33,883 bases of DNA from contig MU619382.1 in the NCBI GenBank assembly GCA_025201805.1, positions 47,311 through 81,193 of the forward strand. The letters are read 5' to 3'. Each line of letters opens with the position of its first letter. Position 1 is the first letter of the stretch. Both the position numbers and the translations under genes were made by a program. Source of the DNA: Parasitella parasitica NRRL 2501. Lineage: Eukaryota; Fungi; Mucoromycota. Of this stretch, positions 23,619 to 33,883 are shown one piece after another. Under the pieces are notes generated by a model, which was not told where the DNA came from, made no database searches, and saw only the letters and a program-made list of their open reading frames with translations.

Positions 23619-24177
23619 TCATCTATTTCATGTTTTGTTTCATACGCACATATTTTACTTATAATTTTCTGACGTGTTAAAGTGTAAATTCCCAATGTCT
23701 ACCAGTACATGTGAATATGCTGCTTTCATAGGAGTTACAATGGATAGTGGTATACATGTTTCTCACGTTATTATTCATCATAATGAGAAGTTTGTCATTA
23801 TTCATCAATTTTTTATTATTCCATTTGAAGTAATTTGAAATAATAACTTATTTAAACTTTCATTCCAAAGGGTCTACCTTAGAGTATACAACTGAGGCTT
23901 TATAGAAGTATTTGTATAACCGGAAATTCAAGTTTTCAAAGAAGGGCATGCAATCACTACTGAAAGTCAATTGAGGATGGCTATTCTTTTGATCCAGTAT
24001 TGACCTTTGATGAAGTTTGATGAAGTTTCAATTCTGGTTCAAGAACCTCAATGCTACCATTTTATTTACAAGGCAACTGTAGAAAAAGTGAATTATGTTT
24101 TAATGAGGTAGAATTGTCGGTTTTTTTTAACCAAATTAACGTCTTTGAAATGAGCATAGTATTACTTGGAAACATAT

Positions 24178-24472
24178 TTAAAATGGAACTTTATTATAGC
24201 AATTGATTATTTGATGTTTAGAATGACTAGCGAAGCCATAAAGATCACTTATGAGCACCTGATTGCAAGCATTGGTAATTCTACAGGTTCTCCTCAGTCA
24301 ACAGTCGACCACGCTTCATTTTCCCTTTAACTAGCAACCAAAACTGCTCAACGGGATTGAGTTCGGGTGAGTAAGGAGGCAAGTACATAACTCTGTATCC
24401 TCTGCATTCAATTTTCCGTTTCATAGGTTTGCCTGAGAAGGCTCTCAATGATATCACACCCGTTTTCTGCAT
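24178..24472 (-). pseudogene. Tc1/IS630 DDE transposase remnant 2 (C-terminal fragment, different from remnant 1)
   Basis: RGYRVMYLPPYSPELNPVEQFWLLVKGKMKR..EENL*, then in a shifted frame ACNQVLISDLYGFASHSKHQIINCYNKVPF*. Confidence 0.85.
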
Positions 24473-25291
24473 CTAGCTTAGTAGCACCATTTTTTAAAAC
24501 CTATGAAATTGATGAATTGCTTTTCCCATCTTAAAAATATAGTTCTCCTTGAAAAGGAGTGGTATCAACGCCTACTTTTAATATGGCGCTTGGAAATTCA
24601 TAGCTCCATGCTATATATTATATTGAAGATGTATTTATATACTACATTTGGTTTCAATAAGGTGATTCTCACTGAATGCCACTTCATTATAGTAGTCTTT
24701 TTAGGTGATAGTATTGTTGGGTTGTGATTTTTAATGCCTCATACTATGTACCGAATAAAGAAGTTGTCTTCTCTGATCGCTGATTCTTGGAGCAAGCTGG
24801 AGGTTAGTTGCAGAACATAAAGAACCAACGGAATCTTTCTAAGGGTTTTTTATTCTGTAATCTATGTATGATAAATATAATGTTGATCTTCGAGACTTTT
24901 CTTTTATTATTGTAAAAGACGTTAATTTTGTAATAAATATTTAACAATCATTTTGACATTTGACCAGAAATTGGGCAACTTATTTGAAAAAGGTGGTCAA
25001 TTTATTTCAAATATCTAACCAAATTAACCTCAAAAAAGTGGTCGGTGTTTTCAAAAAGTGGGTAAATTGAGAGTGGAAGCACAGTACACGTATTTTTGTG
25101 ATATTTTGATGTTTATGGCAGACAAAAGAGGTGGACCGCCAACACTCTTTGGCTTGATTTATTGTATAACAAGAACATTTTTGTAAACGTGCAATGGGTA
25201 TTGTCTGCAGTAGTCTAAGAGATGCCACATGGAAATTACATAGCTTCATTTTCTACAGATGGCTTTTAATTACGTTTCAAGTAAATACAGA

Positions 25292-28200
25292 TCAAGTAAA
25301 TACAACAGGAGGAACAGCTTCCTGAATCACAGATGCTGTCATGCTGATATTCTTGAGATATTCCGTTGGAAACTGGACTAAATGACCTTGAATGTCGTCT
25401 AACTTTGCTTGGATTTGTTCATTATTGCGATTCCAGGGTTCTGCTACATGCCCAGGTAAAACTCGAGTAGGGTCTGGTACAAACTGGCGATGTTGTTCAA
25501 CGGAATGTACTAAGTATATTTTTTTTTTTCATTTAGTGAGACGCTGTGCAGACCAGCTCATTATATAAATCAAAACTCTTACCTGTATCATCAGGAACGC
25601 ATCGAAACACATCTCTATACACCAAAGTATTTTTTTCTGCAGTTTTGCTCCAAATGTCATAGTAAAACTCGTTATCTAATGGGTCCATGACTACCACATC
25701 TTCCCTTCTCATCCCTCTATAGCCATTCACATTATATTCATTGCTCGTTTGAACATTTAATAAGCCCAAGTGCTCCTTGAATAGCTGCATTCGTAAACTC
25801 AGGGCATATTTGGATGCTTTATACTGTTGCAAAGCGATTAGGTACACATGCAAAATGCTCACCAGTTCCTGTACTTTACCGGTCGTCCGTCCATCCGAGA
25901 ATCCACCATGTCTGTATCTTCAATGACTACAGCAATCTCTGAATCTCGATTCCCCAACTGGGATCTACGTATAAGCACCTTAATTTTCTGTTGCTTATCA
26001 AGACGTTTACTATAGAATAAATACCTGTCATTTAAATTCGCTGTACAAAAAAAGCCGATCTAGTTAATCTTCAAGCCAAAGTAAACTGTTCCAATATCTA
26101 ACGTACCTGACCCGCAAATCACAGTTCTGTCGTCGACAATCATCAGTTTAGTATGAATATAAACCTGCTCCGTAACAAAATCCATTCTGCCGTCGTTATA
26201 CTGTTGTTGTTCCAACAAGGCACGTTCCAATTGCACCTGCTGCTGGAAATCCTCGTTTGATTTGTTCTGACTTGACGATCGGGATTTTACTTTTCTTTTA
26301 CTACGAGGTGGTGGAGGTGGAGGTGGAGGTGGAGGAGGCGGCGGTGGCGGCGGAACAACATGGCTAAACTCATCTCTCACGGCAGGTTTGATATTAGGAA
26401 TGGATTTCTTGACTTTGCCCCAATTTCTCAAGCTGTAAAAGCCAATATAGTCTTTTATAGGAATGTTGGCTTTTCGTAATTGTTCAAATACGGAGTGCTT
26501 TCCGCGCGAGATAGATCTATACTGGTATTGCGCAACGGATCTACACATACGCTCATTTAATAACTGTTTCATAAAGCCAGCAAGATATTTGAATCCTAAC
26601 CTTAATGGCATCGATCTACGGTCGACTTGAACGAAATCACCTTCAAATCCAGGTGCTACGGGGATAACTACAATTATCCTGAATTTCTGCTTTTCTTGAT
26701 GTGCTCTTTTGATTCTTTCCACGATAGCTTGTCCGATCTTGTTTTTGATGAGCTTATCATGAGGGCTCGTTGTTGTTACTATAAAATCTGTCACTACTCT
26801 GTGCTGCCTGCATACAAAGGAATACAAATTACATACTGAAGAATTGGTTCTCGATATAGATGAAATGTTTTGCCTTAAAGATACACTCCATATAAGCGCT
26901 GTAGATGGAATACTGAAAAGCCAGATTAACAGATTGATGCATGAAAAAGAAACATAACATATATACATATATATAGCACATACTTCTCGTGTTATGCCCA
27001 AACTCCATTCGGCACTGCTTCTTAATACTTGAATACGACATGTTCCTTTGAATTTGGTCTCATCTCTGGCTGCTACATATTCACCTTTGGGTAGCAAAAG
27101 CGGCACTTCACTTCTTTCTTTTGCTCTATTTGATTTAATAAAGTTCCATCGTTGTATGAAATGGCGTGCTATGTCTCTTGCAGGTGGTCCAACCTAGGAG
27201 AGCAGTGAGTATTGGTGGATATATTTTCTTGGAGCACAGACTCCACATACCATTGCCGTGTGAACGTCATGCCAAGGCATCCTGGCTACACATTGCTTAT
27301 CAATCAACTCCATATCATATTGGCTGACTTTATAAAAATCTTTGATCCTTGGGTTAGAATAATCTTGCCCTGGATACACTTCTCTTTCGTCAAATGATTT
27401 ATAATCTGTCAAATCATGCTTGGATGTATCATAGCGGCCAAAGCATAGATCTAATCCGCCAACGAAAGCAAGTCTACTATCAACGACCAGAATTTTCTAT
27501 TTTGTATATTCACATGAGTGTGCCTATAAGATAATGAAAAAATTGAATTTCATTCCTACGTTACCTCGTGATGAGCATAAAACGGCGAAGAAGTAAGGTT
27601 AGCATGCCTTTGAACAATGATGTTGGGATGAACATGATGCATCCAGTCTCGTGTATGTTGAGAGTCTAGAGGTAGCGCTACAGATACATTTTTGTATATC
27701 ACAATGTAAATCATCACTCCTTCAGTAGCTTTTCTTTTCAATAGTCTATCCAGTCGATATTCTTCATTTCCTTTAGATGGTCGTCGCAGATACTGTGTAT
27801 ATAAAAATGAAGGTTAGTAGGGTTATATGTATATACATGAAAAAGAGTAATTCACTACCAACTGAGGGCTCTAGGTAAACGTCAACTTTTTTTTTTAGTA
27901 TTATGTAGTAATAGTAGTAGTAGTCGTAGTATAGAGTCAAATACGCAACTTACCAGCCACCAATCTTCAATATATATCTCTGATTTTGCTGATAAAATAG
28001 CTTGAGCAACGGCTTCAAAATAATCTGTGGCATGAAAACGTCAATAAAACAACAACCCCTTGTATAGACACACCTCATACCATGCCCGTCAACAAACCAT
28101 TTCGCTTTGGCATTCTCCCTGACAGGAGCATAAGAACCAAATCGATGATTCATGATCCACGGCGATTCTTTTTGCACCTTGTCCAAGTTTTCTATCCATT

Positions 28201-29908
28201 CCTCAATGTGTTTGGAAGTTGGTGCCTTTACTTCAATTCTTCTCGATGAATTAGAAATGATAAAATGTGTTTGGTGAATGGAGCCAAATGTGCTTTGCGT
28301 TCGCACCACTTTTAAATGCTTATCAAAGAGCAAGACGTCTGCTGGAGCGGTGGATCCAATGTCTTTACAGAAGGAAATATAAGAATCACGCAGAATCAGC
28401 CATTCCTTCTGCCATCGATGCCATCGAAACAGACGAATAGAGGCCGGGTTCAAATTATATTCTAAATAACCTTCTTTTCCCTTCCACCCCATATCTTTGA
28501 CAATCGAGATGGCACTCAGCTCCAAAAACTCGCAAAGTTCATAGTTGACAAGCATGCTGGCCCCCTGAATTAGCGCTTTGAGGTAGACTTCAAGCGCATC
28601 TCGTCGTTTGAGCGCCACGTCTCGCCATGCGCTATCTTCCTCTTCGCGCGTTATACGCATAGACGTCAATGCAGCGTTAGTGAGATGTGCGAGTTGACTC
28701 GGAAATGAAGGCGGGGGGTCTGAGATAAAACCAGAAATGTATTTGAACTTGAGTGTAAGATGCAAGTTGTAGAATTCAATGATTGTTCTGTTGATCACCC
28801 ATTTGATCTCTCCATACTGAAGTTCGATACGAAATGTCCATAATCGGTGAACAGCGTTGTGGTCAATTTCTGAGTCTGTGATCGAAACCTATACAAGCAG
28901 CATGAATACGACATGTTTTGACATTACTAGCCTGAACTTACATTTAAAGCGTCAAACAGAATAGGGGGCTGTCATCACAATTAGTAAACTATGTCTAGTA
29001 GTCTCAGCACAAACATACCGCTTTTCGTCCATGCTCGTCCCTGCACATCAACGCAAGATATCCTGGTGAGAAAGCGGATGGATAATATGGAGCTAATGGT
29101 TGCTTTGTCGTCGTATAATAGGCTGAACTTGATCTTCTCTGGTTTGAGCCGCTTAAGCTGTTGACAATTTTGATTTTTTCAAATGTTTTTGCCCATTGCG
29201 TTTTTGCTTTATTATTTGCATCTATTTGTATGAATAGTTTAGTAAAAAAATACAGACCTCCTTCCCACTACGCAATTTACTCTGTACTGTATCATTTTTC
29301 GTAAGACTCTCAGGGCTTGATTTGAACCTGGCGCCATACACTTTTTTCTTTTCTGGTGTGAATCCATGGCTGTTTTCATTATTAGCGGCAAGAGCATTAT
29401 TGAGTGGATGTATTTGTACATTTTTAATTTCAGGTACTGTCACTGCAGTGGCAGCCACATACATTGTATCGTCTGTCGAAGTTGAATCTGACTCAAAAGG
29501 GTTCTCGAAATATCTTGAAGAGGGAGGGTTCTCGACATTGACAATATCCCCCACTACTTGCTCGACTGTTGGCAGAGTATCATCCTCAAACGTTTCACAT
29601 ACTTCGCTGCCATCACTGTGCGGTATGTTTAGCATCAGAGTCCTTTCATGATCCGATGGATTGACGGCTGTTCCTGTAACAATATCTTTGTCTGGCGTGC
29701 CCTCATCCCGCTGAATATTTATGGACATTTTGCGAAAGATAGAGTGCCATTTACTGGCTGTTGCCTCTTCTTCAGTGTCGTCTCCCTCCATGTCACTATG
29801 CTCATCATCTTGTTCATATCCCCCTCGTTCAAAATAAGACGTTTTGATCTGATCATTGTCGTGGGTTTTCTTGAAATATTCCATATTGGCAGATATGGGA
29901 TGTGACAT
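25292..29908 (-). CDS. SPO14: Phospholipase D (PLD1/Spo14 family; PX, PH, two HKD motifs), many exons
   Basis: HKD1 [55 protein letters not shown]; HKD2 [34 protein letters not shown]; PX (LCEFLELS..KGKEGYL); C-terminus GHLVQFPTEYL..PPVVFT*. Start at 29908 is likely but unverified. Confidence 0.93.
26306..26353 (-). repeat. CCN repeat encoding 16 prolines in a PLD loop
   Basis: VV-P16-RSKRK. Confidence 0.9.
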
Positions 29909-30616
29909 TTTGGTAAAGCTTGGAAGAGAAAAGATGAAAAAGATGAAAAAGAAAGAGAAGAGAAAAAAGATTAAAAAAATTCTGTCAGCAGTAAGGAGGG
30001 GTTAAATGGCTCTGGCAGCATGTACAATAGTCAGCCCGAAAAGAGTATGATACGCGAACATGACTTTTTAGGAATTTGTTTGTTGCAGAAATTGGTGTCC
30101 GTTGACCATTTAAGCCCGCCTTGCATACATGTCAACATCAGCTCTCAGGTCTTTGATCATGTATACAAAATGTGATGCTGTAAATGCTTACCATGATTTA
30201 CATATTGATGCCTATATTAAGCATGCTCATTCTATAATTTCAGCGTTTCTAGTATGCAGAACAGCAGGCATTATGTAACACCATATTCTTTATTCTTCAT
30301 TGATAAAAGCACAATTCTTAAACACACAATCTTTCATAATCGCTTGTTCAGTCAAGAAGAACCAATTTAGCCTTTTACTATAGGCTTAATGCTATGCGTT
30401 TTAGTTTAGAAAGGTATATAGACGTCAAAGAATAGTAAGTACTTGTACATCCAAAGCAACATTTACTATGCGGTTGCGACGGAAAACGCTTTTCGACAAA
30501 AGAATGTCCTACTAGGCAGCAGTAAACAGACCGCTGCTCTTTATTTATCGCTTCATATTTATAAACTTTATAAAACACACTTGATTTGTACATTGTGCAA
30601 ATCGACAAATAAAATA

Positions 30617-31711
30617 TTATTTGTTGTGTTTTCTAATCTTTTCTCGCCTAGATTCTAAATAAGCTTCAAATTCCACAGGATATTTTTTTGCCCATGCACG
30701 TCTTGATTGTTGAGCTTTTTCATGATAAGCTTGCTTTTTGGTCTTATCTAATTGTCTCCATCCAACACTAACAAAAGCAGAGGTATCCTTAAGAAGCGAC
30801 GGACCTTTCAGTTTGTAACGGTCTCGAATAATTGGAAGTTGCTCCTTATAAAACAACAAATATCCATTTCCAGAAGGTGGCTTCATTGGAGATTCTGTGT
30901 TTTCAGGTTTTATGTATTGATTTTTTTGCTCCTGAATCCCGTCTTTCTGTTTTAGCATCTTTGCACAATGTAATATGAAAGGATTCTATGCGTATTTACC
31001 TTACTCATTGAATTCCATATGTTCGATACGAGCTTACTGAGCTCTCTTTGAGACAGATTCTTGTTTTCTTTTGCTAATTTACCACGTACTTGTTTATTGA
31101 AGTTGACAAAAATCCCAGGCAGTCGTTTTTGTTTCGCCTCATCTGCTGTATTTTCTGGTGCCTTATCATCTTCTGACTCTTCTGACTCTTCTGACTCTTC
31201 TGACTCTTCTTCATCTAGCTCTTCATCATCTAGCTGTTCTGACTCTTCAGCTTCTGATTCATCATCTACTGATTCATTATATTCCGTTTGTTCATCGTCT
31301 GATTTATTATCTTCTAATTCCTCGCCTTCTGCTTCTTTGCATTCTGTTTCTTCACTGTCTGATATCGAGGGCCCAAAGGGAAATAATTCTGTAGATCGAA
31401 TTTGAGTTTTATAATGATCGTTTCTCGTTTTTTTTCTTGGATTCATCTCAACATTGATTGAAGGTTTTCGTTTTGACTTTGTAAATTGATTTCGTAGCTC
31501 TATTTCATCATAATTCATATGTTTCGTGGTTTCTCTTGAGCTACTAATTTTGTGGTTTTCTTTGTCATTCATTGCACAAGTTGAGCATTTTCTAATATCT
31601 TTGAGTACTCCAAGATAAATAGAGTATAGAAGAAAAAACTAACCTTGATTGGTTGTGTCGTAGCATTGCTTTGTTGCATTTGAGGCATCCTGGTTTAGTG
31701 TGGGGCGGCAT
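30617..31711 (-). CDS. Protein with two HMG boxes, an acidic linker and an N-terminal CxxC..CxxC motif (3 exons)
   Basis: Exon 1 31711-31644 (MPPHTKPGCLKCNKAMLRHNQSR). Exon 2 31591-31000 (KCSTC.., E/D/S-rich tract, IFVNFNKQVRGKLAKENKNLSQRELSKLVSNIWNSMS). Exon 3 from 30958 or 30946 to 30617 (PSGNGYLLFYKEQ..GWRQLDKTKKQAYHEKA). Confidence 0.8.
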
Positions 31712-31952
31712 TGTTAAAGGAACTGAAAAAAAAAAAAAAAAAAAAAATGTCTTTGCCCTATACACCCTAATTTGACTGTCCTGTATGCTTTGTTTAGAAT
31801 ACTTGCGTAAATTTTATCATGAACGAAAAAAATGTGAGAAAGAGTGGTTTTTTTTACTTCATCTAATCAACATTTTCACGGCTACCTTTCATTTAACTCT
31901 ACTTTTATCCAGACCTTTCATTTTTAAAATCTAAACAAAATACAATGAATTA

Positions 31953-33138
31953 CATTTGTGCTGAAGTGATCGAACTTCCCACAAAAAAGTAATTGAATGT
32001 CATCTCCTATGGAGCTACCTTGGAGATTCCAAATCAAGCTCCTAAATATCTAACCGTGAAACCGCGAAGCATTTATAATTGATTGAGAACCAACTAAAAG
32101 AAATCGAACCACAAACCACATTTGGAACGCATAGACCAATATAAGGACTGGTCCATGCATGTCATTTACAAATGTTTTAGAAACATCGATATTATAATGG
32201 CTTACTTCGATTTGTAAAATTAAATACAGAAAAACCTGACTGACAGTTACGGCGTAACTGACAGACAGACCGTTTACAACAACGAATATAAATAGAGTAG
32301 AAATGTCTAACCTTTGTATGTTATCCTATTTCAAAAATGAAGAAGGAATTAAATTGTATCTATTGTTGTTTTTACACCTTTTTTACTACAACATTCACTA
32401 CAATCTATTTGAGGATCTTCTTTTGGCAAATCATACGCATGTGGAAACCAAATACAAATAAGATAGCCGTCATCATACGCCTGTATTATTTAAGCTTAAA
32501 ACAGACCCTACTTGGCTTATATTGTGCCAGAAAGTCATGAGATTAAGTAATAATTAGATTGATAGTTCTTTATATACAATGAAAAGGAATAAGCTATTAA
32601 CGTCCAATAGCATGCAATTAATTTGGTATTACATTTAATTATTTTGATCGAGTCAAGCTTATTTTTGCTAAAAGATATTTAGTGATGGATGTAATAAAAA
32701 GCGTAAAACAACAATATATACAATTTAATTCCTTCTTTATTTTTTGGAATAGGATAACGTGCAAAGGTTAGACATTTCTACTCTATTTATATTCGTTGTT
32801 GTAAACGGTCTGTCTGTCAGTTACGCCGTGACTTTCAGTTAGGTTTTTCTGTATTCGATTTTACATAATCAAGTACGGTATTCTAAGATCGATGTTTCTG
32901 ACACATTTGTAAATGACATGCATAGACCAGTCATTACATTGGTCTATGCGTTTTTTAAATGTGGTTTGTGGTTCGATTTCTTTTAGTTGGTTCTCAATCA
33001 ATTATAAATGCTTCGCGGTTTCACGGTTAGATATTTAGGTAATCTGTTTATTAGCTTGATTTGGAATCTCTAAGGTAGCTCCGTAAGAGATGACATTCAA
33101 TTACTTTTTGTGGGAAGTTCCATCACTTCAGCACAATG
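31953..33138. mobile_element. Non-coding foldback / long-TIR non-autonomous element (~1.19 kb)
   Basis: Arms at ~31953-32400 and ~32680-33138 are reverse complements, with long exact blocks (e.g. TATCTAACCGTGAAACCGCGAAGCATTTATAATTGATTGAGAACCAACTAAAAGAAATCGAACCACAAACCAC) and one ~13-bp indel. Spacer ~280 bp. No clear TSD and no credible ORF. Confidence 0.88.
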
Positions 33139-33883
33139 GAAACAAAAAAAAAAGATAAAAGCAGAAGTTAACGAGCTACAAAAACTTTATGATACTTTAT
33201 TCAAGATTAAAATCGCATCTGCTATTTATATCATTTACAACTACATAAATTTATGGTGAATTATTAAGAGTAGTAATTGACAAGACTAATTTTTTTTAGT
33301 AACAATCTACTTGACAAGATAAGATGTAAGATTATACAAAAAGGACCACACGTCTTTGAACTGGCAGTGCCTTAGCCATTATACTGGTGCTAATATTTGT
33401 GCTAATTTCAAGAATATCCTTCTTCATTAAAAGAAGAATAACCTTCAATTTTCCAAATGAAGTGTATTTCCATGATCTCCTATACACAGTTGAGGAAGAG
33501 CATTCCTACGCTTTACACTTTAAAAAGCCGAATTTAAAAATCACGTGCTTCATATTTCAAACTCCGATACTAAAAACCGAAAAACGTTTTTTGCAGAAAA
33601 CTTTTGATAGAGACATCGCCCAGTGGAAACCAAGGTATGCTCAGATAGCGATGATCATGCCTGTACTTATGGCGCATAAGACAGAGTTTATTTTGCTGTT
33701 TATCGAAGCCTATCATCGATTATATGCAATTCTGATATGAGAATTTGTGATATCATGTGATAACTTTATAGATATCAGTAAAGACATGGAAGCCAATGTT
33801 GTTGCCAGATAGCGCCAAGTCAATGCTAAGTTTTCCAGGTTAGATCTCGGTTCTACGGTCATTTTAGCAAAAGTTATAAGCAA

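Larger units (their letters stand above)
19780..25084 (-). mobile_element. Tc1/mariner (IS630-Tc1) DNA transposon, composite and non-autonomous, 5.3 kb
   Basis: 56-bp TIRs at 19780-19835 and 25029-25084 (CTGTGCTTCCACTCTCAATTTACC..., 2 mismatches). TA on both sides (19778-79, 25085-86). Subterminal AAATAAGTTG(A/C)CCAA-like repeats near both ends. DDE remnants inside. Confidence 0.9.

Noticed and set aside
30617-31711. Mating-type (sexM/sexP) locus
   Set aside because: Sex genes have a single HMG box and are typically flanked by a triose-phosphate transporter and an RNA helicase gene. Neither is seen here.
33387-33740. 117-aa plus-strand ORF
   Set aside because: Non-ATG start, no recognisable motif and stops downstream. 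It may be decayed sequence, but there is no support for a call.
1-33883. tRNA, rRNA, CRISPR arrays, snoRNA
   Set aside because: No cloverleaf, rRNA-like sequence or repeat-spacer pattern was seen, and no convincing C/D box pair in the RPL2 intron. A covariance-model search was not possible.

Overview
This is eukaryotic, intron-rich, AT-rich fungal DNA. Gene content, short (~50-80 nt) introns and transposon types point to Mucorales (Rhizopus/Mucor-like; inference). There are two assembly gaps (9645-9659, 11736-12205). Genes, left to right: RPT3 (runs off the left edge), ERV41, a DUF4149-like membrane protein, RPL2/uL2, a GIN4/HSL1/BRSK-type kinase, a WBP4-like U1 zinc-finger protein, a Tom20-MYND-SET fusion, an orphan 3-exon gene, a small putative mitochondrial protein, canonical TOM20, calcipressin, HMG-CoA reductase apparently lacking its sterol-sensing domain, phospholipase D, and a two-HMG-box protein. 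Mobile DNA: a 5.3-kb Tc1/IS630-type element (56-bp TIRs, TA TSD) holding two transposase remnants and a PD-(D/E)xK-like pseudogene that is itself interrupted by a deleted Helitron, plus a ~1.2-kb foldback element with ~430-450-bp arms. The best candidate for an undescribed system is the divergent pair of Tom20 paralogs. They share an equivalent 143-nt exon, but in one the short acidic tail exon is replaced by a SMYD-like MYND-SET module with degenerate catalytic motifs. All calls come from reading the sequence and recalled family motifs; no database searches were run.
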